A DNA stretch of 64,000 nt from Cirrosporium novae-zelandiae (taxonomy: Eukaryota), in assembly GCA_026023565.1 (NCBI GenBank), contig JAPETS010000003.1, positions 1,054,001 to 1,118,000 of the forward strand, given 5' to 3'. A model generated the notes under the pieces. The model was not told the origin of the DNA, searched no databases, and saw only the letters and a program-made list of their open reading frames with translations. Position numbers and translations under genes: made by a program. This document shows, one piece after another, positions 23,156 to 35,000 of the stretch. The stretch's first letter is position 1. Every line of letters begins with the position of its first letter.

Positions 23156-25231
23156 ATGTCCCTCACTACGACTAGTACTACGACGACGACAACAACACTG
23201 AAGCCGCTGTCATATTCAATCACTAGTGATGACTTGCTTAACTCGAGAGCATGCGACGCTCTCACGCTCGCTGCAAATTACTCCTTCGGCCAAGTAAAAC
23301 CTGACGGCCACTGGTGTGGCGAGCTTCTTTCTAACGCTACTATCACCGCTGAATATGTGTTTTTGCGGCAGGCCCTTGGCCTTGACTTGACCGTCGACCG
23401 TGAGGCTCTATGCCAGTGGTTCTTGTCTCAACAGAAATCGGACGGATCTTGGGCTATTGCGCCTGACTATCCAGGTGATATTTCAGCCACGACGGAGGCC
23501 TACCTCGCCTTGAAGATATTGAATATCCCAGCAGACAATCCCGTGATGCGTCGAGCTCGTAATTTTGTGATCTCGGTAGGCGGTGTTGCCAAGGTTCGTG
23601 TGTTTACTCGCATTTATTTGGCAACTTTTGGACTTTTCCCTTGGGCTGTTGTGCCACAGCTGCCACCAGAATTCATTATCATGCCTTCGTGGTCTCCCAT
23701 CAACATCTACAAGCTGGCGTCTTGGGCGCGTAGCACCATGATCCCTCTACTCATTGTGAGCCATCATCAACCTATATTTTCTTTACCGAATGGAACATTT
23801 GCGCAAAATGACTTCTTGGATGAATTATGGTGCAACCCGGCCGAAAAGATGACACCATGCACACCCCCTCTTTGGGATGCATGGAAAACTGATGGCGTAG
23901 CATTTACATTTGCAGCTAGCGACAAGATACTACACTGCCTTGGCGGCATAAGTCGGCGCATTCCCTTGCGAAAATATGCTCGCCGACGATGTGTGAATTG
24001 GATTTTGGAACATCAAGAGGAGTCTGGAGATTGGGCTGGAATCTTTCCACCAATGCACGTTGGTCTCCTGGCTCTGGTTTTAGAAGGGTTCAAACTTGAG
24101 GACGCGCCTGTGCGCCGTGGTCTTGAAGCTGTGGAACGATTTGCATGGCAAGATAAGGGCGGGAAAAGAGTTCAAGCTTGTGTTTCGCCCGTTTGGGATA
24201 CGATTTTAACAACTGTTGGATTATGTGACTCTGGATTATCTCTAGATGATGAGCACCTCCAACAAGCTGTCCAATGGATCAAAGCTCGTCAGCTACTAGG
24301 CCCACAAGGAGACTGGCGAGTCTACAACCCACGCCTAGCGCCAGGTGGCTTCAGCTTTGAATACTCCAACACCTGGTATCCTGATGTGGATGATACAGCA
24401 GCTGCCGTACTTGCTCTTATTAAGCAGGATCCACGGTCCATAGGTTCGCTCTGTGTTTCACGAGCCTGTGAGTGGATTCTTGGTATGCAAAATCGTGATG
24501 GAGGATGGGCTGCATTTGATCTTGAGAACAACAAGCTCTACCTAAACAAAATCCCTTTTAGCGACATGGACAGTCTCTGTGATCCATCAACTGCCGATGT
24601 GACAGGACGCATTTTAGAAGCATTTGGACTATTACTTCAGAACTCTCGCGATCACCCCGTCTCCAAAGATTTACTACGGCGTCTGCGGTCGGCATCTAAA
24701 CATGCTATTAAGTACCTTGCCCGTACACAGGAATCGCATGGTGGCTGGTATGGCAGGTGGGGTTCGAACTATATATACGGCACAAGCAATACACTTTGCG
24801 GTCTAGCTTACTTCGAGGGCGATTCGCGCGTCCAGGGCTTAGTAAATCCGGCAATGCAATGGCTTAAATCGGTCCAAAATACTGATGGAGGCTGGGGTGA
24901 AGGCCTAGACACATATAAGGATCCAGAAAGAGCCGGTTGCGGCGTATCGACGGCGTCGCAAACAGCTTGGGGAATAATGGCACTATTGCCTTATCTTCCT
25001 CCTAACGATCCAGTCATCACGAAAGGCATTTCCTTTCTGCTACGGTCGCAAACTGATAAGCAAGGGAATGGAGCGTCCTGGCCCGAGACACAGTACACCG
25101 GCACTGGGTTCCCTAAATTTTTCTACTTGGGTTATTCATTATATTCACATTATTTCCCCATGATGGCTCTAGGACGATATGTACGAGCGGCAGGACGCTT
25201 GGCGTTACAGGAGGCTAAGTTGTCATTTTGA
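23156..25231 (+). CDS. shc: Squalene-hopene cyclase (hopanoid/triterpene cyclase)
   Basis: Intronless, ~691 aa from the ATG at 23156. Catalytic DXDD motif in GGFSFEYSNTWYPDVDDTA (not the DCTAE of oxidosqualene cyclases). QW repeats (QKSDGSW, QEESGDW, QNRDGGW, QESHGGW, QNTDGGW), plus QACVSPVWDT, YGRWGSNYIYGT and TGTGFP. Confidence 0.95.
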   Translation: MSLTTTSTTTTTTTLKPLSYSITSDDLLNSRACDALTLAANYSFGQVKPDGHWCGELLSNATITAEYVFLRQALGLDLTVDREALCQWFLSQQKSDGSWAIAPDYPGDISATTEAYLALKILNIPADNPVMRRARNFVISVGGVAKVRVFTRIYLATFGLFPWAVVPQLPPEFIIMPSWSPINIYKLASWARSTMIPLLIVSHHQPIFSLPNGTFAQNDFLDELWCNPAEKMTPCTPPLWDAWKTDGVAFTFAASDKILHCLGGISRRIPLRKYARRRCVNWILEHQEESGDWAGIFPPMHVGLLALVLEGFKLEDAPVRRGLEAVERFAWQDKGGKRVQACVSPVWDTILTTVGLCDSGLSLDDEHLQQAVQWIKARQLLGPQGDWRVYNPRLAPGGFSFEYSNTWYPDVDDTAAAVLALIKQDPRSIGSLCVSRACEWILGMQNRDGGWAAFDLENNKLYLNKIPFSDMDSLCDPSTADVTGRILEAFGLLLQNSRDHPVSKDLLRRLRSASKHAIKYLARTQESHGGWYGRWGSNYIYGTSNTLCGLAYFEGDSRVQGLVNPAMQWLKSVQNTDGGWGEGLDTYKDPERAGCGVSTASQTAWGIMALLPYLPPNDPVITKGISFLLRSQTDKQGNGASWPETQYTGTGFPKFFYLGYSLYSHYFPMMALGRYVRAAGRLALQEAKLSF

Positions 25232-25689
25232 TTTATGGCATAATTATTGGGTTTTTGCATATCCTGGGATGGCCATGACACATAAGCATTGTTATATTTA
25301 TATTAATAAATAATTCGAGCTCAGGGATATTGTTTGTATCATTATCGATTAACCACCTATAACGATGAACATGGAATATGTTTCAATATCTCAGGACTTT
25401 TCCTATGCTAAACAAATATATAGATCTATCCCGCTGTTAACAAATCCCCATGTTTTCTCTATTAATACCCTATAGTACTTTATGCTCCGCGGCTGGATGA
25501 CTTGGAGGGCTTTGACGCTTGCTACATTTGCGGGAAATATTTCTTTGTCTGTCTATAGTGCCGATTCTCGATATCGATGTCGGGTGATACAAGAGGAACA
25601 CGCGCCTTCTTAAAATGGGAGAGGGGTTTATATCTAGGTTCACATGCCATTCTGGCCGGGTCTGAGATAATTGCCAAGCAAATAGTAGT

Positions 25690-25761
25690 CACATACATAC
25701 ACAGAAACAAAAACATACACATACACAAGCACATACACAGACACAGACACAGACACAGACA
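25690..25761. repeat. Compound (ACACAT/ACACAG)-type microsatellite
   Basis: cacatacatacacagaaacaaaaacatacacatacacaagcacatacacagacacagacacagacacagaca. Confidence 0.8.
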
Positions 25762-26792
25762 TCTGTTGTATGAGGATGTTTAGAACAACCCAGGCGATTA
25801 GCGAGCCCCCAGCTCAAAACCCCATTATTACTAGTGCGAGTGTCCATTAGCCAAAAACAACAATTCCATGTCAATATATATATGCAGCATGACACTAGCA
25901 TGAGTAGATATATCAGATATATCGCAGTCATCGATGTCCAAGGTCGCCCCCCTTCAAGCCAAGTGCCGAAACGTCGGGAAAACCCCGAAAGTCAAGATGC
26001 CGAAAGCCTTGACAGATCCGGAATGGAATGGATCTGATTGAGGGTTTCGGGAATTTGGCTTGGTTTGGCTTGGCTGCCGCCTCAAAACCAACGAGCCTCC
26101 GTCTGTTCTTGGCTGTAACCAACCAACCAACTAAGCCTCTTTTTCCCCCCTTCCTTCACATCCTTCCATTCTATCCTCCCCCCATCCCAGGGGTCAGTCA
26201 AGCAATCAATCAGTCTCCTGAAGTTAAGTTGAGTTAAGCTAGGCTTGTCGAATAAATTCTGCCTTGATGGATCCCATCCATCCATCGTCGGTTTTTTTCT
26301 GGAAATGAGTAGAGGAGCCAGTCAGCTTGTCGTATCTTCATTATCTTTTTTGGTTTTTTTGATTTCACGGTGCTGTGCTGTGTACCCGCAGTTGTTGCTG
26401 ATTTGTTTTAGCCTCTGTTTCGGTCAGTGCGTTACAGGCTCCTTCTTCTTTCAACCCTTAAGAGGTTGCTGGTTACAACAGGAAAAAAATAAACTGGGTA
26501 GTTAGTCGACTTTTGATTTCTTAATCGTGTCCTACCTGTTCTATCTGTGCTGCCTGTCTGTCTGCGATTATCTCGAGTAAGCAACTTTTTACCAAACAAC
26601 GCTATCAACGTCAATTGATTCTTCCCTCTCTCTCCCCCTATCGACACCGAAAAGCACCTTGGTCAAACTCTTCGTCAAGATCGAACTGTCTCTACCTCTC
26701 AAGTTTCCGACACGCTCGCCTCTGGATAGGCAGACATAAATACACTCTAAGATCACCTCCACATTACAACCTTTCCTCCGAGCCCTCTCAAA

Positions 26793-27227
26793 ATGTTGCT
26801 TAGCGCTCGCCTTATCCCAATAATCTCCCTCTTCGCAGCCTTTGGCTCCGCCGCCCCGGTGCCGTCACCCCCTCCCTCTACAATCCAACCTCGCGACGTG
26901 CATGTGGAGAAGGTTCTTGGCTGCGAGAGCAGCTTCTCGATAACCGACGATGACATGGATGCGCTCCGGAGCAGCTTGGAGTACGGAAGTCACTACGCTG
27001 GCGTTTGGACGGCCGAGGCCAAGGGATACCTAACATTTTACGGCGGAAACGCTCAGTTCCAGTTCATCAATACCTCCTGGAAGCCGCAGGAACGGCTGGG
27101 GAGCTACCTGGCGGATATGGCGCAAAAGATTTATGACATGCATGCGGAGTCGGGCACGTGCGGTGATGAGGGTATTTATATCTCCGATTCGGATTATCCT
27201 ACCGAATACAAGTTGTATTCGAGTTAG
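26793..27227 (+). CDS. Small secreted protein (effector-like), 144 aa
   Basis: Signal peptide MLLSARLIPIISLFAAFGSA/AP, a Pro-rich propeptide ending QPR, then a ~100-aa mature region with 2 Cys. GC-rich coding-like codon use against AT-richer flanks. Confidence 0.8.
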   Translation: MLLSARLIPIISLFAAFGSAAPVPSPPPSTIQPRDVHVEKVLGCESSFSITDDDMDALRSSLEYGSHYAGVWTAEAKGYLTFYGGNAQFQFINTSWKPQERLGSYLADMAQKIYDMHAESGTCGDEGIYISDSDYPTEYKLYSS

Positions 27228-28211
27228 GGCTGTGTATGTTAGTTGGGAGGATGGTTTGGGGGGATAGAGACTGGGAGGGATGGCGTTTTGGACCGGGCTG
27301 TGAGCGTTAAAAGCATGATGGTTTTTTTTTTTCCTTTTTTAGCCAGTTCATTCATACCCAAATCTTCTCCTATGTATGCATATCTAGGCGTCCACGTTGA
27401 TCGATTTTCGAAATCGAGACGCAATGAGGTAGTTTTGTGATTGATGGCAAGGCAACAGTATATCCGTTCTTCTTTTGACCAATCTCGATCCGGTTTTAGA
27501 GGGCAGGGATGCCCTCAGGTGTTTGTTTCTGTTCTTTCTATCGGGCTTCTGCAAACCATGGCACTTTCTATACTCGTCCTATGTTTGAACTTATGGAAGT
27601 CGCATATGAAATAATTCAATTCCTTTTTTTTTGCTGAGAATGCTCGCCTAGGAGACAGTCAACCATATATAGCCTCCTATGGACTGGTAGGCTTCGCAGT
27701 TTAAATGTCTGCGACTGCATTGTTATTGAATGCCATTGCAGCTTGTTCGGAGACTAGGCGCTAGCTGTTGGGTCTTTTGGTGGAAAGCACCACTTACTCA
27801 CCGAGTTTGCACCCACGTCCAAGAATGCATCACATCGAAGTGATTTCCTAATCCAAGTGAGGACAGCTTCGCCTCGATAGGCAACTGAAGGTCTACTATC
27901 TTCACTTCTTTCCCGCAGTCCGCCCGGGAGGAGGTGTTCGGAAATGGCTACGCTCTATTTTGATAGGGATATATACATACGTTATGGAGCATCTAGGATA
28001 ATACATAACTTTTGGAGAGAGGGAGAATGATGAATACTGACAGGCTACCTTTGGTGGTATGGATGGCGTACACAGCATACCGCTCATTCTAGCAGTAGCA
28101 ACATCACTGGCCTCGAAGCTGCAAGAATCGGAAATTCACATCCCCTCGTTTCCCTTTGCTTTTGGCCTGGGATGCATCAGCTGCTAGCTTTCCGGAAGCT
28201 GGCCACCACCA

Positions 28212-28949
28212 TCAAGAGAGCTCCACGCTCCCCTGTGGAACCCCCTTCAGACTCCTCAGTCTCCTGGCAAAGAACTGCATAATCGGGAGCATTTCCTGTC
28301 GATTTTTCGGCATGCTGTCGCCGGTCTTCTTCCACTGGTGATGGTGTACATCCTCGAAGAATGCTTTTAGCTTCTCCACGGTAGAAGATGTAATCAAGGT
28401 CTCTGAAGCGCCACCGAGTATCAGAACGGGGGTTCGAGCCTTTGGTTGAGATGGCGAGACGGGAGAGACAGATGAGGGGAGAGGCCCTCCGATTGATATC
28501 ACACCACCGAGTTCTTGCTTACTACCGAGAAGGGCAGATGCAGCTAGAGCAGCCATGCCGCCCTGGCCGAAGGCGAAGAACAATATTTCTCGAGGTTTAT
28601 AGTCGCATTTTTGTATCAGGGCCGTCTCGATGACATCGTGAGCTAACATCTTGGAGGATTTGCTGAACCCACTGTCGAAATCCATTCTCCCACTCATCTG
28701 ATCAAATTGGATGTCATCTCCCCAGTGGAAACCAGGGAGGTCGAAGGGGAGAGGTGTGGGTCCTTGGATGGATATGCAGGCAGTCTCTGGCAGAGACATT
28801 TGCTTGCCCAGGGTGGTGAAGGAGGCGATAGTATCCCCGAGGCCATGAAGGAGAATGAGGACATTGGTCGGTTGCTGTCCGGAAGGCGGAGGTGTGATGG
28901 TGAGGGTGAGACTTGCAGGAAAATGAGAAGGAGAGGGAAGGCGGGGCAT
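28212..28949 (-). CDS. Phospholipase/carboxylesterase-family (abhydrolase_2) protein with degenerate catalytic residues
   Basis: Likely start MPRLP at 28949. Motifs: NVLILLHGLGDT, GFHWGDD, FFAFGQGG (nucleophile elbow), GGVISIGG, TPVLILGG and GDSMP. Confidence 0.85.
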   Translation of the reverse strand: MPRLPSPSHFPASLTLTITPPPSGQQPTNVLILLHGLGDTIASFTTLGKQMSLPETACISIQGPTPLPFDLPGFHWGDDIQFDQMSGRMDFDSGFSKSSKMLAHDVIETALIQKCDYKPREILFFAFGQGGMAALAASALLGSKQELGGVISIGGPLPSSVSPVSPSQPKARTPVLILGGASETLITSSTVEKLKAFFEDVHHHQWKKTGDSMPKNRQEMLPIMQFFARRLRSLKGVPQGSVELS

Positions 28950-30261
28950 TTTGGGCTCCCCCCGGAATGATGGTCGAATGGTAGTGGTGGTGGATGTGTG
29001 ACGATCTTGGGATGATACAGAAGATGTGTGTTTAGCTGGTGATGGTACTGTACAACAGTAAAGAACAGGAAAAAAGAGGACAGAATCAGACCAAATAAAT
29101 TGGAGGTTACTAAGAAGGGTAATAATTGACAAAGGAAAAGTTGAATGTTGAGGGTTGAGGAAGAAGAACGACTGGAAGAGCTAACTAGCACGTCATGGTG
29201 GGGAGATTTTTAGATGAGTGGGAATAACGACGAGAAGGAAGAATAAGAATGAGAAGTAAAGAATAATGAAAGGGTGGTGTATTTGTAAAAGCGGGTTTAA
29301 GATGTGTTAAAGTAAGAAAAGGAAAAAAGCAAAAAAACAAAAAAACAAGCATCGCCAAGGCAGAGACAAGGAGCAACCACAAAACTTGGCTTTTGCCGAC
29401 TTCCACTGCACGGCTCAGGAACACCTTGGTATCGAGTAATTATAATAAACAGGTAAATGTGGATTGATCGATTCCACCTAGCTGATCTCTAGATATAATT
29501 ACTTGCTTAGCCACCTCCTAACTAGTTTTATCCTTTTTATCCAACTTCAAGCTTCACACTTCACAAACAACACAGACTCTCGGAGGAAATTGGCAAATGG
29601 GGGAAAGGAGGGGTAGTGTAATAATAATAGTATCCTTTCAGTAACGGACCAACTACAAGTGCCTCAGGTACACCTTGATGACCTTGGTGACCTTGTAATC
29701 CCTCTCAATTGGTTTTAGCTTCTTTATAGCAGCAAGTCGTTTGAGCTGCAGCTCTTTCTCATCAATCAATGCCATCCTCTCCATCTCCTCAGCTCCCACC
29801 CCTCCCAAACCCCAAATGGGCCTTTGTCCTTTCTAGTCTAAAGCATCATTGCGAGAGTGGCTTTTCCCTCTTCTCCCGGTTCCGATTGCTGTGACCATGT
29901 ACAGCTAGATGACGCCTCGCGTGGTGGGGCACAACTTGATTCACCATGAATTAAGTTGGCAAAGCCTGTAAGGACCTTTTATGCGTGTACACGGTGAGTT
30001 CAATCCAGTCGAGGTAGAAGGTAGAAAGGTAATTAAGTGAAGTGAAGTAAAGTGAAGTGGGGAGATGGCCTCAAATAGCTTAGACCGTGTCAGATGTGCC
30101 AAATATATAAGGACCCTCATCTTCCTTCTTCCAACCCTCTCTTTCTCTTTCTTCTTTCACAATCACAAGCAATCTCATCTACTATCTGCCATATTATCTG
30201 TCATATACTACCAACTAAACATTACCCTTTAAACTACCAATCTACCATATCATCTATCAAA

Positions 30262-30794
30262 ATGTTCGGCTGGGGTAAGCACTTGTCCCGGCTCCCCCGC
30301 CTCCTCAAGACCAGCCCAGCTAACCCTTCACCTTCCTACAGGAGACGCAGATGACGCTCACCGTCAAGTCTACCGCGAAGACGGTGGCCCTGAGCACCAA
30401 GCCAAATTATCCCATGAATTGATCGCCGGTGGTGCCGCCTTTGAAGGCTTCAAGAAATTCGAAGACCACCAGCGTGCCGAAGGTACCTCGCTTCCCCTTC
30501 CCCTTCCCCCCCCTTCGTAGTCTCCATTGAAGCCCATCAACTAATCCATCTCTTCCCCAAACAGGCAAACCAGTCAACCACGCCTTCGCAAAGGAAGTCC
30601 TCGTTGGCTTCGTCGGCGGCGAGGTTGACAGGCTCGCTGAGACCAAGGGCATGGACTTTGCCGACAAAGAAAGGGCCAAGCATCAGGCCAAGAAGCATGC
30701 TGAGGAGATGTATGATAGCCACTACGGCGAGAACGATCAATATGACCCCAGCATGCGTCCTCCAGACCATATTGATCGCTATGGAAACTACTAG
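30262..30794 (+). CDS. cipC: CipC-like antibiotic/stress response protein (DUF3759)
   Basis: Three exons splice to MFGWGDADDAHRQVY...EHQAKLSHELIAGGAAFEGFKKFEDHQRAEGKPVNHAFAKEVLVGFVGGEVDRLAETKGMDFADKERAKHQAKKHAEEMYDSHYG...GNY*. It is absent from the ORF track because of the introns. Confidence 0.92.
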
Positions 30795-31471
30795 AGGGTA
30801 GACAAAACTGGCCTCCCTTCTTTTGATGAATGATGCAGATCAAAAAGGGGAGATAAGAAGTTGAGGGTCAAGGGGAAGGAAATTTGATCTCCCCAGACTT
30901 CACTTCCATGCATGACTTTACAGCTTAGGATTGCGAGATGCATTAGCTAGGCACACGAAATGAAATGAAAACGGAACATGCAAATGAAAATAAAAAATGA
31001 GCAGAAAACAACAATTGTAGCCAACTATCGTAGGTAGTCTAAGCAATTATCAATTATCCAAAAAAATGCCACCTGGGACAATATAACTGGGCCCACTAAC
31101 TTCAAATACACTTTCTTTCTAGCATAGTTTAAGTAAGTAAGCTTGAAAAAGTAATTATTATTATTGAGAGATGTTCGGTTACTATGGTACGGTATCATTG
31201 GTATGGTATGTTCGTATAGATTTACTGGGTACCCCACTACCAACCAACAAACAACGAAGGCCTCAAAAGTCAAAGTCAAGCTTACAGTAGATATCGTTTC
31301 ATATCCCCCGCCAGGACCCCCCCCAACGGAATGGAATAATTACCCGTCGGAACCGTCATAGCCGTCGTCGCGGTTCCGAGCGTGGAACGGAACGCTAACG
31401 CTAAGGTGACATGTGACATGCACGTACATGACTATGCTATGTCGGTACTTATACTGTAGGTAAGGAATCCG

Positions 31472-31501
31472 TTGGAATTGGAATTGGAATTGGAATTGGA
31501 A
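31472..31501. repeat. (TTGGAA)5 microsatellite
   Basis: ttggaattggaattggaattggaattggaa, lying between the convergent cipC and SYG1 3' ends. Confidence 0.85.
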
Positions 31502-32036
31502 TTAAAATTGGAAAGGTAAAAGGCTTTAACTCATACCATACCATTCAAGCAAAATGCAATCAAATGATTCATTGTTATTGTTATTATTTCTGATAAAAAA
31601 TTTAATATATAGATATTAGTTCATTCCATCCTTGGTTAAATAAAAAAAAATATTTGATGGGATGTTGTTGTTGTTTGGGGGTGGGAGGGAGAGGATAGGA
31701 TAGGATAGAAAAGGGAAGGGGAGGTGGAAGACTAATCAGCACAGCTAATTTGTAGAGATGTATTTTATATAGTGATGGTTATGGTGATGGTGGTGGTGAT
31801 GATGATGATGTTTGTAAACCCGAAATGGAAGGGGGGGAGGAATTGAAAAAAGGAGACTCCGTCTGCGAAATGCGGATATATATGTATGAGTATGGGGAAG
31901 CCCGGAAAAGAAGAGGAAAAAAAAAACCCCCTAGGCTTTATGGGGTAGGGAAATAAAAAATCACAATCATGGCTGCTCTGAATGAGACAGGTTAAACCTA
32001 GAAATCAAAAATCCAAAAAAAAAAATCAAAGGTAAA

Positions 32037-35000
32037 TCATACATCCCGCCTCTCCTCCCTCCTCCCAATGGCTGCTTCTTCCACAACAAAATCCTCCGCG
32101 TCCTCCTGCTGTTCTTCCTCTTCTTCGTCACTACTCTTACTGTCGGATTCTCCCATCCCAGCATCTTCCACCGCCCCTTCAGGTCTCCTCTTCCTCTCAA
32201 AATCCTGCGCGTGCGCCCTCCACATCGCCTGGCCCACCCTTCCGATTCCCCGTGCCAATGGACTGCCCGGGCTCGGTTCTTGCACCGTTTGCGTAAGCCG
32301 TCTGCGCAGCGAGAGTGCCGCGGGGCTTACTTGACGTTCTAGGTCTGTGCCCGTGCCGCCGCATGGGGGTTGCGGAGCAGTGGCGCGCGATTCGGCTCGG
32401 GGACGGCGGGTTTTTGGTGATGGAACTGTGCTTGCAGTTGTGGACATGGTGGATGTGCGATTGGAGGACTGATCTTCTTCTTGTAAAGTTCTTGTGAGGG
32501 TTGGTGCGTTGGAAGAACAGGGGATCTCGTAGGGTAGTGGCATTTCCCGGCTAGCCCTGAACCGCCCCACGTTTGTGCAGTGTTCGTTTTCCACTCGGAA
32601 AATGGTCCAGAGGCCTCTTCGGCCGGCTTCGGAGAGCGCGACGATGAAGGAGAGCAGTGCACTATGTTGGACGTCATTGGAGAAGATGGCGTAAAAGATC
32701 CAGTTGAAGCGGAGGATGGGGTCTATGACCATAGCCACGTAATACATCCAGATGCGACGGTACCCAAGCACATCACGAAGGAAAGGGTGTTTGGCGTTAG
32801 GGTCTCCGAGAGACCAATCCATCATCAGATCCCAGATGGAGCTATAGATGGAATTGATAGTCGCAAGAAATATAAAAAGGGCACGGAGTTCGGAGGTTTT
32901 GTGGATACGGTAGAGAGAGAGTGTCATGTAATAGAGAATTGTGCAGCTATATTTTCCACAATTAACAAGGTGGGGGAATGCATTGCGCGTGTCATAGTAA
33001 CGGCGAATACATTGGAGGAAACGCCAGATAGCCGGAAGGGTGGAGAAGAAGCCGAGGAGGCGGGAGTGTGAAGAGTTACATTGAGGTGGGGATGACCAGT
33101 GTTGAGAGTAGAGGCAGAAGAATAATTCGATATTGCCCATGCTGTACGTCTCCGAGCCGAACATATCACCAAGAAAAAAATCCCGGAATTCGACAGGATA
33201 GAGGCCCGCGAAAAATAGTCGCCACTGCAGAAGTTTTAGCGATTGCGCTTCTTATGTTTCTTTTGAGGCATCGTACTAGAGAATAAGCCCACCACAACCG
33301 ACTCCGATAGTATAGCACCCGAGTTGGAAAGAACATTATGACCCCCGTCACCGCGATAAGGATAACTGGCCAATATAAAAACATTGTTCCCGTCCCGAAA
33401 TCTGAAAAGTTAAGCCAAACGAAAACCCCTTCTAGCAAATAGAAAAAACATGGCAACTGTTCCCCATATTAGCAAGACCCTTTGGATAGAGCGGATAGGT
33501 TCAAACCTCGGATAGTTGCTTCCAATCAAGAGCATGCCGGGTATCAAACTCGAAAATAAAGACATAATTAATCTTTGATTGTTTCCAAATCCTGCAATCC
33601 AAGCAAAATAGCAAGAAGAGAAATAGCATGAGAAAATAACCTCCATAAATCTAACGCAATCAGTCTCAGGAATCGATAAGATAATACTAGTATGTAAACC
33701 AACCTGTAAAAGATAGCTCGTCCTAGTTGTCATGGCAGGATCCGAATCAAATAAGAGACGAACTCCATACACAATCCCTTCAACCCCAAACAAGGTTCCC
33801 GCAGCAAGCATAAGGCCATTACGGAAGACACTGGATGTATAGTCACCTGGTTTTAGAGTCTTACTACGAAGTTTTCCGACTGCCACCTTGTGGTTACCGC
33901 GATAGAAATATCTTGAATACAAATCCTCGGCAGCAACGATATGACCCTCTAAGACTTCACTTTGGACGAACCATGCCTTTTTTACTTTTTCGTTCATGTA
34001 CCTGCCCGTAGGCCGGGCATAAACTGCTTTATCGTACTTTTTGTTAATCTTTCGAAAAGCAGTCCGATTAAGGAGTGCATAAGCTTTCAAGAGCTCAAGA
34101 CCTCGATAAAACTCTTGCAGGGCTAATTTGAGCTTTCTTTTCGCCGTTCGGTAAGGGATACGAGGTGTCTCAGGCCGACGCTCATAATCACGCCGAGAAT
34201 CGATTTGCCGGTCCTGCGCACTAAGAGACGGGGTCCCGAGTTCCTGCATGGCCTTGGATGTCTTGCCAAAGTGATCAATCTTCGATTTTACAGCGGACTC
34301 GATTGGTTTAATCCATCTCATTGCATTTGGATGAGCATGAGCATCCCCGTCTAGGGTACCATTAGGCTTTGAGTTGTCGAGGGCTGAAATATCTAAGCGG
34401 CTTCTATTCTTGGAGCTCTCTTTCCCTTTCTCTTTTGCCAGAAGTTCTTCCATTCTCTGGTTCTTCAATTGATGTAATTGAGCCCGGAGAAGTTGTAAAC
34501 GTTCGCTAGCCTCTTCCTCTTTTTCTCGGTAGAAGGTTTCAATCTTATCTAGCTCTTTATCAAGAAATTTGATAAACTCCTGCCGTTTTGTCTCAAACTC
34601 ACCATAAGAATTAAGAGGTACATCCTTGGTAAAAGGTGAACCGTTACCTGAACGGGCAGTCAGTACTCTTTGAAGGAATCGGGGCTTTGTAGCTGTCGCA
34701 TCGTCACCGGGATGTGACTTAATCCGGCGGGGAGGTATATGCCGCGAGCTTGAGGACCGAATGGAACCGTACTTGGAAGGGCTAATAGTTTTGCCAACCG
34801 CATAAGCATCGCCAATCCCACTCATTGCTCTTTTAGCTGACGCTTCTCTAGAAAGTGGTGATCCATTCCTCCATGGTACATCCCTATTTCCTTCTTGATC
34901 TAGATCCAATGCCGGACCTGGTAGCTCCAATGATGTCGATGCATCGCGTGGTGTTACATGTTGGGGAGGGGTAGAAACAATGCTTCCATACTTTGTTCGA

